From assembly GCF_018350175.1 (NCBI RefSeq), contig NC_058368.1, positions 13,704,001 through 13,768,000 of the forward strand: a stretch of 64,000 bases of DNA, in the 5' to 3' direction. Every line of letters begins with the position of its first letter. The first letter of the stretch is position 1. Origin of the DNA: Felis catus. Its lineage: Eukaryota. This document shows, piece after piece, positions 1-12,695 of the stretch. The translations under genes were made by a program, and so were the position numbers. The notes below the pieces were generated by a model that saw only the letters and a program-made list of their open reading frames with translations, had not been told where the DNA came from and made no database searches.

Positions 1-219
1 ACATGCCAGCCACATTCCTACTCCAGGTCCCTTGACTTGCTCTGCCTGAACACCTTACCCATTGCCTTCTTTTCTTCTTCAGAGATTTCCTAAACATCAC
101 CCACCTTCACTCCCAATCCTCATTCTCTGCCTTGTTTTTCTACATAACATTCAATGTCATCTGATATATTATGTGTTTTACTTATTTAGGATATTGCATT
201 CATTGTACTGATGACCCTA

Positions 220-595
220 ATTATTGGCCTTTCAGTATTTTACACATTTAGTGGGTCCTCCCACCAGAGAAAGAAGAGTCTATCTCCACACCCCTCAAAT
301 CTGGGCTGGACTTGTCATTTGTTTTGGCCCATAAAATGCAAAGGAAATGACAGTAAGTTTCAATTCTTCAAGAGGCATGATGCCTTCTCTTTTTCTTGCT
401 TCTCTCTTCTGCCTTCACCAAGAACAAAATGTTGGCCCAGATCAGATCTGGACGCATGAGCAAGCCCAGGTGAAAGCAGCCAGGCTCAACCCTGGCCACT
501 CTTAGACACATGGGAAATAATAATAAATAGTGGTGGTTTTAAGCTATTAGGCTTTGGGGTGATTTGTTACACAGCATTATTGTAGCAACAGCAGA
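220..595. mobile_element. MaLR (MLT1-like) LTR remnant
   Basis: Ends in ...ttttaagctattaggctttggggtgatttgttacacagca, typical of an MLT1 terminus. Confidence 0.55.
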
Positions 596-599
596 ATGT

Positions 600-750
600 G
601 TTTTTCTGTTGTCTTTATCTGTCAGCTAGAAAATAAACTCCATGGGGGCAGGAATTCTTCTCTCTTTCATTCCCTTTTATGTCCTCAGGGTTTAGAAGAG
701 TGCCTGGGTCAGAACACTGCTTAATAAGTATTCATTGAATGAATTAATGA
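600..750. mobile_element. L2 3' end remnant
   Basis: ...gtgcctgg...cttaataagtattcattgaatgaat tail. Confidence 0.55.
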
Positions 751-872
751 CTTCAATATAACTCAATAGTCAAAGCCACTACAGGTGCTCGGATGAAACC
801 AAAAAAAGAGAAGGATGGATTCATGAGTTTTGCTTATCTGTTCTCTTTCAACTACTGGGCTTAATAACCCTA

Positions 873-1350
873 TATGAATTATCTATTGCTGCATAATGTG
901 TTACTTCAAAATTTAGCAGCTAAAAGCAACAAACACTTATTATCTCATGGTTTCTGTGAGTCTGGATCTAAGAATGGCTTAAGTGGGTAGTTATCTTTCA
1001 TGAGACTGCAGTCAAAGTGTTAACCAAAGATGCTCAAGGTTCAACAGGTGAAGACCCATGCCCAAACTCAATCACATGGGACTTTTCACAGGGCTGCCTC
1101 ACAGGTAGCCAGGTGGCTTCCTCCAGAGTGAGTGATAGATACAAGAGATGGCTGGAGACAACATCCAAGACATAAACCACAGTTGTTTTTATAAACTAAT
1201 CTCAGAAGTGTCATCCTATCATACTGTATTCTCTTCCTTAGGAATGAATCAATCAATCAAGCCCATATTCAAGGGGAAATGACCACCCAAAGTCATTGGA
1301 TACTAGGAAGTAAGAATCATTAGAGCCTTTCTTAAAGGCTGTCTTCCACA
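873..1350. mobile_element. MaLR (MLT1-like) LTR
   Basis: Starts ...tatctattgctgcataa...aaatttagcagctaaaagcaacaaacacttattatctcatggtttctgtg. Confidence 0.65.
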
Positions 1351-1962
1351 TGAGCATACAGGTCCTCAAGTTCCATTTTTAAAAGGATAAGACTTAAATA
1401 ATAACTTCTCTGCTTGATATTTTTAAAAATCAAATTTGCATCAGATGCCATTATTGCATTTGGTAATGCGACTTCTCAAGGGACTGGGAAATCTGAACAT
1501 TAGATTTCCTTGCATGCCCAAGATTTTAGAGCAAGTGTTTAATTCAAGGATGATCAGAGAGGACGATTTGATTTAAAAGTATAAAGTAGAATCTCTTGAC
1601 AATTTTTTTTCTCTTATGATCACTAAACTTTCACTATTAGGGATTCATCTCATTTAGTCCAGAAGCTCTGTTTTCAAGAGTCATCAATTTCATCAGCTAA
1701 TAATCCTTAAGTATCAAATCGTAGTGAAGCTAAAAGCATCACAAGAATTTAAAATATCTTATCATTCCTGTCCTCAAATGCTTAGAATTTAGTTGAATAA
1801 AATGTAAGTACCCAGATGGAGGGGGAGCCCCTAAATGATCTTCAGCAAAGCAATTCTTTTTGCCTAAGAAAATAAATGGCTAAAATAGTTACTAGATATA
1901 TAACTTAAATGATTTTAAAATAACTCTTCCATATCTCTGCTCTTACTTGGATCATGAAAAGA

Positions 1963-2123
1963 GGGGTGCCTGGTTGGCTCAGTAGGTTAAGCGTCTGACT
2001 TTAGCTCATGTCATGATCTCATGGTTCATGGGTTCGAGTCCTGCATCGGGCTCTATGCTGACAGCTCACAGCCTGGAGCCTGCTTTGGATTCTGTTTCTC
2101 CCTCTCTTTCTGCCCCTCCCCCA

Positions 2124-2178
<55 letters not shown>

Positions 2179-2213
2179 TCTCAAAAATGAATAAACATTA
2201 AAAAATTTTTTTA
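1963..2213 (+). mobile_element. Can-SINE (SINEC_Fc type)
   Basis: GGGGTGCCTGG head, A/B boxes, (CT)n, AATAAA and A-tail. Confidence 0.95.
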
Positions 2214-2767
2214 AGAAAAGAGAAAATATATTCCCCTAAAATAACATTCCCATTTCATTGACTCTTCTGGAAGGAGCAGCAGGCTCTCAATCACCACCAG
2301 ATTCATGAGCTCACATCAGCTAACTTATGATTGTTCTATTATTTACAATCTTTAATTACAAAGAATGCCGAGAAGAGTCAGCAACATCACTAGGATAAAC
2401 AAGTGAAAATAGAAAAAATGTCTAAATCAATGCTGTCTGTGAAAAAAACAAAGATGCACATTTCATTTCTTACTGGATAAATATGAATCTACTCATGCAT
2501 TGGCACGTAGACTTACTGTTCTACTCAAATAAGCTAGTCACGATGGAAACATCATGCAGATATGTGTCAATGCCCTCTAAACAATACACCTGGTATATAC
2601 TTGCTACAAGGAAAGATCCTGCAGAAATCAAAATTTATGATCCCCAACTATGAGTTCCATGTCAGTAGGATATAGAGTCTTGGGCTGAAAGGGCAGGAAT
2701 GTGACCAGATGAGAAGGAAGTGAGGCAAGAGAGATGTTAGTTACCATTAGGAAAAGCGCCTTGTCTT

Positions 2768-2776
2768 ACACACACA

Positions 2777-2815
<39 letters not shown>
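2768..2815. repeat. (CA)n microsatellite
   Basis: Seen directly. Confidence 0.95.
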
Positions 2816-2818
<3 letters not shown>

Positions 2819-4149
2819 TTTCTGAAAATCAGGAAAAGGAGAGAAAAATAATCACATACTCTGTGGACATAAATGACTTTTTCTCTTAAGATGATAAATT
2901 CCCTCCGAAGGACTACTGCATTTATTTAAGTTGTGTAGAATCATTAAAATCCTGATTGATAGAGCAGATATTGAGAGCTATACTCACTTCCAGATGACTT
3001 TCTGAGACTGACGTAACCCCAGCGAAGCACTTACTCCATGAAAAACTAATACAAGTACCTTCTCTTTAATTGAACCCTACAGCTCTTACCTCAATAGAGC
3101 AGTATCTGTGAGATTTTCTCCTTACATTTTTAAAGAATTTATCTTACACTTCCAGACAGAAAGAATCCATTTCTTGAGTGAGAGTAAAATAAAGAAGTAA
3201 GCCCATTATCTGTGTAATTGAAGCAAAATTAAAACAACTTTACATCAATTATCTGACCAGGGTAATAATCTTCATTCTCTGCTTCACTTCACACATGTAG
3301 TATGTCTGTTTTCCAAGATGTAAAATTTAAAAAAAATAATAAAATATTAAAAATGCCTACCTCTTGGGAGTTTATGAAAATCAATGGAATTTAAGTTAGA
3401 AGGAATGTAATTAGCTTGCCTGGAATTTGGCTAGTCCAGCTAAATTAACACCATAGCTTTTTGAAAAATGTGCCACGAGACCCATAAGATTAAGAAGTAC
3501 AATACCTACTTGTGACCTCAAGTACAAATCGCCTCAAGAAAAGGTCCTCTCAAGTCAGGTGCAGCCCCTTGTCTAATGCACATGACCAGTCACCAGCTAC
3601 AGGCCAGTGGACAGAATAGTCTCCACCTCATTTACCAAATATTCCTTCTGCAATAAATCAGCAAAAATGCGCTAAGTGCCTTGTGTGAAGGAAGCCTGAT
3701 CTACTGCTGGAGGCTCTGCTTGCATGGGGTTGTTAAACTCAGCATTGCATCTGGCTTAAAAACCCTGACTTGAAGCTGTGTGTGCAGAAACTCTGTAACC
3801 CTTAATATCTGGATCAATTGGAATTCCTAAAAGCCTCTGCTCTCTCCAACAACTTTGTCCTACAAATTACTGCTTCTTATTAACCTACATATTGCAGCAT
3901 AAAAACTAGTAACGTTACAAAATTACCCTTGGTTGCATTAATGAAAGCATTCATATGACTCTCTGAATGCTGTCTTTGGACCACAAGCCTGGAAAATTTT
4001 CCACATACTTATATGTTTAAGAGTGAATTGGATACTGGCCTCAATTCTGCATTTGAAAAGCTTATCTGTGACTCTAACCAGGGGCATTTGCCCTAAGGTT
4101 TTCTAGGTATCTATTAACCCTCAACGTTTGAAAAAAAAATTTGGAGTAT

Positions 4150-4463
4150 TTTCTGTAAAGAAGGTTATTTCATAATAAAGGATTTGTCTCTTGTTTGTCT
4201 TGGGTTCCTAACATGGAGTTTTCAAAACTCAGAATGTCCTGAGTGATAAGTGTCTTTATTATTCGTGAGCGCTTTAGATCACACCTGAGCTTAATACTGA
4301 GATGACTCAGGATGATGGCTGTTACCAGAAAAAAACAGCCATGTGATTGGAGGCACAGGGTTTTGACACAGACCAACCTCTGGGGCTAGGAGGTGAGCTA
4401 CGGACTAAGGTCAACCCTATGACCAATGATTCAGCCATTCATGCCCATGTGATGAAACACCAA

Positions 4464-4496
<33 letters not shown>

Positions 4497-4890
4497 CAAA
4501 CCTCAGGGCACCAAGACTTAGGTGAGTTTCCTGGTTGTTGAACACAGTGATATATCTGATCAGTGGGGAGATGACAATGGGAACTCTGTGTCTGAAATCC
4601 TCTCAGACCTTGCCCTGAGGCTCTTCATTGGGCTGGTCCTCATTTGCACCTTTATAATAAAACTGTGGTTGTAATTACAATAACTTTCCTGAGTTCCATG
4701 AGTTGTTCTAGTCTATTGAATCATTAAAATCCCTAAATTTGTAGCCAATTGGTCAGAAATACAGGTGGCTGGTAAATCCTGAGCTTCCATTGGGCATCTG
4801 AGTAAGGAAGCTTTCTGGGATGATGCCCTTAAGCCTGTAGAGTCTGACACTAACTCTGGGTGGTTAACATCAGAATTGTACTATAACACC
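4150..4890 (+). mobile_element. MER21-like ERV solo LTR
   Basis: Recalled MER21 motifs (gccatgtgattggagg, ccaatgatt..cc.tcatgcc, ctttataataaa, gagtctgacactaactc...tcagaattg). Confidence 0.65.
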
Positions 4891-5008
4891 CTAAGGATAC
4901 ACATCTGTTGTCTGATTTTCAAAGGGCTCTTTGACCCAAATACTAACGTTACACACCAGTGCTCTACAGAGACCTGAGCAAAGAGTTTTTCCAAATGAAA
5001 GAAACGTT

Positions 5009-5228
5009 CTTTTTTTTTAAAATTTTTTTACTGTTTATTTATTGTTGAGAGAAAGAGACAGAGTGTGAGCATGGGAGGGGCAGAGAGAGAGGGACACACA
5101 GAATCAGAAGCAGGCTCCAGGCTCTGACCTGTCATTACAGAGACCGACGCAGGGCTCAACTCACGAACCGCGAGATCATGACCTGAGCCAAAGTCAGAGG
5201 CTTAACCCACTGAGCCATCCAAGTGCCC
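5009..5228 (-). mobile_element. Can-SINE
   Basis: Reverse-complement SINEC_Fc. Degenerate TSD gaaagaaa(c/g)gttctt. Confidence 0.95.
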
Positions 5229-5756
5229 GAGAAAGAAAGGTTCTTAAAGACAGAACTAAGAAGCCTCATTACCTATGAAGAACAGTCAGGTGGCTTCCAA
5301 AATTTACAAAAGATGGCCATCAAATTATCAGGAAGACTTCAGCTGCTTACAGTCCTCCTAAAATCCCGACATCTTCAAATCCTTCAAGATGCAGTCAACA
5401 GCAAACAAGATCTCACCTTCTATTACAGTGTTTCTCAAATTGTGGTCCATGAATTCCTGGGAGTCCTCAGGATGCTTACAGGGTGTCTACAACGTGTCCA
5501 CTAAAGGGACAGTCCAACAAAGTGAGCCTGTAACTTCAGGGGAAAAATAGCCAAATGTTATCTGGCTTTTTCACTGCACTGATGCTTGCAGAGAGATTGT
5601 GCCAAGACAATGGTGGACAAAACTGCTGGTGTCTCAGCACAAATCAAACCACTGGCACCGAATGGTACTTGTGCTTTTGTATTCCTCACTACCACACACT
5701 CACAGGGAGAAGGAAAGAAAGGAAGAGGGAGCCAGATCCATTTAAGAATGCCCTTA

Positions 5757-5832
5757 CACCTTTTGGGATGAGCACTGGGTGTTGTATGGAAACCAATTTA
5801 ACAATAAATTTCATAAATTAAAAAAAAAAAAA
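5757..5832 (+). mobile_element. Very short L1_Fc 3' end insertion
   Basis: Nearly identical to 55849-55905 (caccttttgggatgagcactgggtgttgtatggaaaccaattt). Perfect 13-bp TSD AAGAATGCCCTTA at 5744 and 5833. Confidence 0.92.
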
Positions 5833-6492
5833 AAGAATGCCCTTAATGAAACAGTACCATTTTTTTAATTTTAATTTAAGTATCAACCTTTGAATACATG
5901 CTAGATGAAAAAATGGACAATATATATCAAGCACTTTTTTACATGCCAAAATACACTTGTGCAATTTTCTGTTGCAAACTCAACTAACTGCTTTTTTCCA
6001 TGGAGCACCACTTTGACTTAAGAGATCAACTGATAGATAAATTGTTATCACTCACATTGGTTGTTTGCAGATATTTTCTTGAAAAATGGACAAAGTGGGT
6101 CTGTCGCTTCAAGGAAAAGAAACCCCAGAAATTAGTGCCAGTGGTAAAATTGAAGATTTCATAGGGAAATTAGAATTTTTAACCACTGTGGGCTTAAAAT
6201 CTTCCCAATACTTAAAAACATTTTTCGATGAGACTGGTGATGATATTAGTGAATGTGATTTTTAGATTATATAGTAAAATGCATCAACATTTGGAAAATC
6301 TGCATAACTCAATATTCAATATTTTCCAAATGATGTTATCCAATTAGGTATGAGTAAAGATTTATTCACAGTGTGAAACACACCAATGGGTTTTAAGGAA
6401 ACAGGGTATAAAAACTTCATTGATACAGTTTCAATGAAACTAAATTGCATATTGAAGCTAACCTTGAAGAACTATTACTTAGAAATTTTGAT

Positions 6493-6610
6493 GGGTGGCT
6501 CAGTCAGTTAAGGGTCTGACTCTTGATTTTGGCTCAGGTCATGATCTCATGGTTCATGAGTTGAAGCCCCACATCAGGCTCCATGCTGACAGTGTGGAGC
6601 CTGCTTGGGA

Positions 6611-6659
<49 letters not shown>

Positions 6660-6721
6660 CTCCTCCTTCTCCTCCTCCTCCTCTTCCCCTGACTCTCTCT
6701 CTCTCTCTCTCTCTTTCTCTC

Positions 6722-6761
<40 letters not shown>

Positions 6762-6770
6762 CAGACAGAT
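6493..6770 (+). mobile_element. Can-SINE with (CT)n and a (GATA)n tail
   Basis: SINE body, long CT tract and (GATA)n at about 6724-6769. Confidence 0.92.
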
Positions 6771-7229
6771 TTTGGTGCAATATCACAGAAGAATATCCAC
6801 TATTAACTGAAAACTCTTCTATTTTCCAAGTAGATATCTCTGTAAAAATAGATTTTCTTCATAGATTGCAACCAGAACAACATATCATAATACATTGAAT
6901 GCAGTGGCAAATATAAGACTCTAGCAGTCTTCCATGAAACCAAACATTAAAGGGATTTGCAAAACTCTAAAGGAATTTCAATAATCTCGCTAAATTTTTT
7001 CTTTTGGAGAATGAATTTATTTTTCATAATAATGTTAATATGTTATGGATTTATTACCACCAGTTTCGCATGAATCAATAAATGTATTTTTAAAGGCCTC
7101 AGTTTTAGTTTCTAACGTGGTAAATATTGATAGATACAATCCAGATCAACAAAAACTTTGTGAGGTCTTCAATAATCCTTAGCAGTGAGTATAAACAGGC
7201 TCTGAGACCAAAATGTTAAAACACTGCCT

Positions 7230-7930
7230 CATTGTTGCCACTCTGTTCCAAACCATTATCATCACTCTCTGAATTTCTGCACTAACGTCTCACAGATCTC
7301 CCTGCTCCCAACTTGTTTCTTTGCATAATATTCCCAAACCACATCCAGACTCTTTTTAAATGTAAAGCAGGTCATGTCCCTCCTCTGATCAAAATCCTCC
7401 AAAGGCTTCCTTCCAAAATCATTTAAGGAAAAAGGTGAAGTACTCATTGGCCTACTAATGGTAGACGTGATCATTTCTGATTCTCTGCCATCACCCCCTC
7501 CTCACACTTGCTGCGGCTTCCCACCTGCTTGCTGGTCCCCGAACAAGCTAAGTATGATCCCACCCAGCTCTCTCCTCAGGTTAGAGCTCATTTCCTTCAC
7601 GTATCTACATAGACTGTCTCTTGCCTGCTGTTGATCTTTGCACACGTTTCACTTCACTGTCTTTCAGGACCAGTGTGCCTTCTATGACTGCTTACGATTG
7701 CAACTCTCCAGGGACCCCTGCCCTGCTTTATTTTTCTCCACAGCAGGTATTACCATTTGATACACTGTGTAGTCTTTTTTTTTTTTCATTTTATTGTCTG
7801 TTTCCCTCCACTAAGAAATAACCTCTTTGAAGGCAGGTATTTTGCCTGGTTTCTGCATCCGTTTTCCCTAGCACATAAGAGGCACTCCGTGTGTATTAGC
7901 TAAATAAGTGAATGAGTAAGCAAATGAATG
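7230..7930. mobile_element. L2 remnant
   Basis: L2 3' motifs (gtcatgtccctcctctgatcaaaatcctccaaaggcttcc; gaaggcagg...; aagtgaatgagt). Confidence 0.6.
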
Positions 7931-8511
7931 AGAGCACATGGGGAGAGCAAAACGTCTCCAAAAGTTCTGAAGAATTGTAGTCGGATCAAAAAGATTCTTT
8001 GATGGTCTCAAGGAGTAATCTAACCTTTTTTAGTCTTACCCTGACCCCACACGAGATAAAATTAGGGAGTGAGCAAAGTCACGAGCCTCTCTGAGTCACA
8101 TTCCAGGCTGATGACTAGCCCATCCTCTAGAAACTGGCAACGATCTGCCACATGTCCACTCCAGCCTTGGCCTCTGGGTGCACAGTCCTACCCCAGGCTA
8201 GATACCAAATGTAGCTTCAGAATCACAAGGTTGGAGATGACAATGGGGGCACCAGGTATTCTGATAGCTGGACTTAGTATGCCTCAGAACCCTGGTGAAC
8301 AGGTTGCAGCACTTGGAGATTGTTTGTTGGGATAGCTATCTGCCCACTTGGACCACCGGAGGACTTCTTACTCTGCTTCCACTTGTACAAATACCCAAAA
8401 TTTTGGCCTTTGTTAGATTAGCTGATAATACTTGTATCTCACCTGTCTTTTCCTCGTAAAGAGTCTCTTGATTCACACTACTCAGCTCTATGACTCCTTA
8501 TGTCCGTCCTA

Positions 8512-8716
8512 GAGCGGTGCTGTCCAACAGAACTTTCTGAAGTGATAGACATGGTCACCTCTGCCTGGTCCAACATGATATCTGCTAGGCAAATATGTCT
8601 ATTGAGCACTGAAAATGTGGCCAGTGCAACTGAATTTTAAATTTAATTTAATTTTAATTAATTTAAATTTGAAGAGTCACATCTAGCCAGTGGTTCATGT
8701 ATTGGATACTGTAGCC
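8512..8716. mobile_element. MER3-like hAT MITE
   Basis: gtgctgtccaacagaactttctg...aattttaaatttaattttaattaatttaaattt...tattggatactg. Confidence 0.75.
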
Positions 8717-9306
8717 CTAGAATTATAGACCAACTTCACTCTTCAGGTTCTTTAGAATTTCTAGTCTGGGACCACAGAAGTCTTTCTCTACCTGCCTTAA
8801 GTCACCTAAGGCATTAATTTAGGCTTTACAATGCAAAGGCTATCTGCCTTTTAACAATGGCCTCTTAAGCACCTTAATCGATTCAGGGATAAAGGAAATA
8901 AACCAAGAAGTGAAGTAGTTTCAAATACATGTTTTTATTAGGAAATAAAAACTTTTAACTTCCTCCATGACTTCCTTTCTCTCTGAAATTGTATCTGCAT
9001 CAGCTTGCTGATCTCTATCCACACTAGAAAAAGTATTTGGTTTATTACTGTTCTAAATCACTCCTGCCTTTTTTTTTTTTTAAACAACTGACCCTCTTTT
9101 TCTAGTATTGATGTTTTAATGGATGAATTATTACCACTTTTCCAAAGTTAAAGAAAATTGATCCAAACATTTTAAATGTAAAAATCTATATGTACAACCA
9201 TTGGACTGGAGAGATTAAATGTCTGTACAAATGAAACAATTAAAAATGAATGTACTAGAGGTCATCAGAAGCCTTATTTGGATAGTCAGAGCAAATCCAA
9301 GGACAA

Positions 9307-9521
9307 TTTTTTTTTTAATGTTTATTTATTTTTGACAGAGAGAGAGAGACAGAGCATGAGCGGGGAGGGGCAGAGAGAGAGGGAGACACAGAATCCGAAG
9401 CAGGCTCCAGGCTCTGAGCTGTCAGCACAGAGCCCAACACTGGGCTTGAACTCATTAACTTTGAGATCATGACCTGAGCCGAAGTTCGGACGCTCAACCA
9501 ACTGAGCCACCCAGGCGCCCC
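9307..9521 (-). mobile_element. Can-SINE
   Basis: Full SINEC_Fc. TSD ATCCAAGGACAA. Confidence 0.96.
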
Positions 9522-10181
9522 ATCCAAGGACAAATTTTTACAAAGAATTTAAGTAGCAGTCCAAAAGGTTATACTCTGTCCCCTTAAGATTTGTATGTAT
9601 GTATATAAGTAAATGGATAAATCAAAACAAAGAATTCTGAAAGTCCTTTATGCTGAATGATATAAAAATAAAAAGCAAGACGTGAGGAGGCCTGGATATC
9701 TTACACACACACATACACACACAGACTGAAGCCGGCTGTGTTCATGGAAATAGTGATAACGTAGTAAAATAGCACACCATCGTTACCCATTGATTGTTGA
9801 ATTTGTCAGTAGTTCAAACAACCCAAAATCGTGTTATCTAGTCACTTCTTTATCTCGCTGCTTCCCTGCAAATTAACTTCTGCTGTAGCTACACCACCAC
9901 TTTGACTGGGAGCTCTCTTTTGACCCCAAATCTCTGTTACTCTAATGTCCCCTGAAACTACAACTTTGGAGTCAATTTATTAATCTGCACACTCCCTGGA
10001 AGCAATAGTTGGAAATAAGGAAGCGTATTAGGAAGGGAAGGCCAAGGAGAGTTTTCAGTTGCTGGGCTGCTGGCTATCAGAGGACTCTCCCTAAAGGAGG
10101 AAACTTTGGGATATATCTGCAGGAAGAAAGTGCCAGATGTGTGTTCATATTTCTTTATCATTTATCCATCACCATCGCTAC

Positions 10182-10407
10182 TTTTTTTTTTTACAAAAAT
10201 TAATGTTTATTTACTTTTTGAGACAAATAAAGAGAGAGGCTGTGAGCAGGGAAGGGGCAGAGAGGGAGGGAGACACAGAATCTGAAGCAGGCTCCAGGCT
10301 CTGAGCCGTCAGCACAGGGCCTGACTCGAGGCTCAAGCTCACAGACTGCGAGACCACGACCGGAGCCCGTATCAGACGCTCAACGGACTGATCCACCCAG
10401 GAGCCCC
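10182..10407 (-). mobile_element. Can-SINE
   Basis: Reverse-complement SINEC_Fc. Confidence 0.95.
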
Positions 10408-10449
10408 AGCTTCACTACTTTTTAATTGATCATTTCTATGAAAAAAGAG

Positions 10450-10610
10450 CTCTACCGACCTAATGTCTTTTTATCCTCACAACAACCCAACAAAGTAGTA
10501 TTGGTTATCCCCATTTTACAGAAAGATTTGGAGTCTAAGAAACATGCCTAGGGCCCCCAGCCTAGTAAATGGTGCAGTGAGTTCACAGAGCATGTGGAGT
10601 GACCTGGAAA
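10450..10610. mobile_element. MIR remnant
   Basis: atcctcacaacaaccc...tatccccattttacaga. Confidence 0.6.
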
Positions 10611-11574
10611 TTTCTCTCCTCCCCTATGCAGCTTATCTCATCACACAGATAATGTGCACGAAGGTCATTAGGGGTCATCTAAATATCTTGCTTCATTTCC
10701 TCCTGTCTCATGGTCTGACTCAGTGAAGAGAAGGAACAGCTGGGTTAATTCCTAGGCAGCAACACCCAAGAGAGCTCTCGGCAGAAGTCTAATTTTATAT
10801 GAAAATGCTACAAGATCACTTACAGCAGAGACATCCCCCAAATGAATCTATCCTAAAGTGAACACATCAGCAAATTATATTCATGTTTAAGGAAAGAGGT
10901 CTTGTAAAAGACACACCCTAAAATATGCCATTGCATTTCTTTGGAATGTGTTCAGGAGGTGAAAATAGCTAAAGAAATTGGCCAGCGTTCCTTATCACAC
11001 AGTATTCCTAACCATCTGCTGCATGTGCTTGTGAAGACGGTACTCGGTGCTTAAAATTCTCATCAAAGAAAATGTGAATAACCAGTTTACAACCTGTGAG
11101 AAAAAGGGAAAAGGATGCCTCCTTCCCGTTGCCACGAGTTCAGATTTACAGTTAACACGTGTAGTTGTGGGTGGCTGTGCTTGTTTCTTAAAAGAAGATA
11201 ATTGCACACACCACCAAATAACAAAACAAAAGGGGAAAATGCGTGTGGGAGGTGGGAGTGAGATGCTAGAATAATTTAATTACTGTCAGGTGGTTCTCAA
11301 GCTGCACTAGGGGGAAAAAAAGCTTTGAACAAGATCTATTACCCAGAAAACAATTTAAGGTTCCATCTTTGCTCATTTTTACCAAATGTTCCCAAAGTTT
11401 TCAAGAATTTGACAAACTTTAGATTGATGTATGAGGCGGTTGCCTCTTGCTCTGAGCACAAAGCTAATGCAGTTAAAGTCTCAAGTTCAATTAAGGCCCT
11501 CAAGGCTAATAACTCTTACTCCTTTCGAGGACTGCTAACTGCACATTACATACTGGTAAACACTGGGACCACCA

Positions 11575-11580
11575 TTTATT
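11575..11580 (-). terminator. Possible polyadenylation signal for the candidate minus-strand gene
   Basis: TTTATT on the plus strand (AATAAA on minus), about 250 nt after the candidate stop, followed by GT-containing sequence. Confidence 0.2.
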
Positions 11581-11833
11581 AAAGCCACTCTCTAGCCTCC
11601 TGTGAACAGTATGTGTGGTCCAGGGTTCAAATAGAGACTGGGAATTAACTACCTATTTCCGTGAGGCCCAAAGAAGAGGCGACTCCCCTTACAGGGATAA
11701 TAAGAGAAGTGTAAGTAGCCACTGCAACAGAAAAGAGGGACTTTTAAAAGAGAGAAAAAACATGTGTCCTTGCAGTCTCGCTAGGACCTATGGCCCGTGC
11801 TATATTTCAATGGCCTTGGACTTATGGGTGGCA

Positions 11834-11938
11834 CTAAAATGTGCCGTGGGTATAGTGTATGGCAGGCTTGGTCTGTGCCCTGCACTGAAGAACTACGACA
11901 GGGAACATGATACCGGGGTATGTCGTGGGGCCCCCAAC
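11834..11938 (-). CDS. Candidate terminal coding exon (phase 0 to TAG)
   Basis: Acceptor cttcctcctcttctggcctctgagctcctacag|. Encodes VGGPTTYPGIMFPVVVLQCRAQTKPAIHYTHGTF*. Minus-strand AATAAA at 11580-11575. Confidence 0.25.
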   Translation of the reverse strand, partial: VGGPTTYPGIMFPVVVLQCRAQTKPAIHYTHGTF

Positions 11939-12395
11939 CTGTAGGAGCTCAGAGGCCAGAAGAGGAGGAAGACTTGGCAGAGAGATCCCTGTATGCTGGA
12001 GGCACACACAGCCATGAGCCCTGTAAAGACAGCATTCCGTGTTCTGGGAGGGGCCTGCAGCCAGTCTCAGTACGGACACGGCAGTTCCGTGACAGTGACA
12101 AAAGTAGCAGCAGCAGCAATGCTCTGGAGAGCACAGGGATTGACAGCCTTGGAATGGCAAGACGCTGTCATGGAGAGAGGTGACTGGGTCATCTGGGACA
12201 GGTTTCCGCTAAGGAGCATGTGACACCGATTCAAATCATCTCTGGGATGTCAGCCAGCTAAAAGACTGCTGAATCTGCAAGTACCGGCCTGATGGACTCC
12301 CCATCTCTGCTCCCCATGTCCCCCCATTGTCGTCTCCAAATCCCACACTCCAGCTTTGCCTCAGAATTTGAAGCCAGTTGAAGAGAAATACTTAC

Positions 12396-12512
12396 ATAGA
12401 AACATACATACAGACGTCGTGCGATGCAATCAACACACCGATCCCTGCTTGCTGTCAACATGATCGCAGATGTTGGCCTTGACCGTCGAAGTGTTAAAAG
12501 GATATCACGTAA
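12396..12512 (-). CDS. Candidate exon (117 nt, phase 0/0)
   Basis: Acceptor cctcactattctaaccag|, donor TAT|gtaagt. Encodes LRDILLTLRRSRPTSAIMLTASRDRCVDCIARRLYVCFY. CpG-rich. Confidence 0.3.
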
Positions 12513-12695
12513 CTGGTTAGAATAGTGAGGCCTGTGAGCATCTCCGAATAGAAAATTTCAACTTTCATCTTGACACACTACAGAGTTAATTACACACTAA
12601 TAAAAGTCAACAACTGTTCTACCATTACAGCTACTGAAATCCAAATGGCATGGTTTGTTTGTGAATTATTGGGTTAAAGATATTCCTTTTCTTAC

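Larger units (their letters stand above)
5426..7226. mobile_element. Charlie1-like hAT DNA transposon fossil, interrupted by an L1 stub and a SINE
   Basis: Termini CAGTGTTTCTCAAA ... aaaacACTG. Internal sequence resembles decayed Charlie1 transposase. Confidence 0.7.

Noticed and set aside
11005..11093. Alternative frame CKLVIHIFFDENFK, resembling GPCR helix 8 (FLDENFK)
   Set aside because: No NPxxY motif and no upstream transmembrane exons.
11615..12223. Overlapping plus-strand ORFs, including WDRFPLR, faintly like circovirus Rep CDRYPL
   Set aside because: No other Rep motifs (FTLNN, PHLQG, GxGKS, WWDGY) are present, so the match is probably coincidental.
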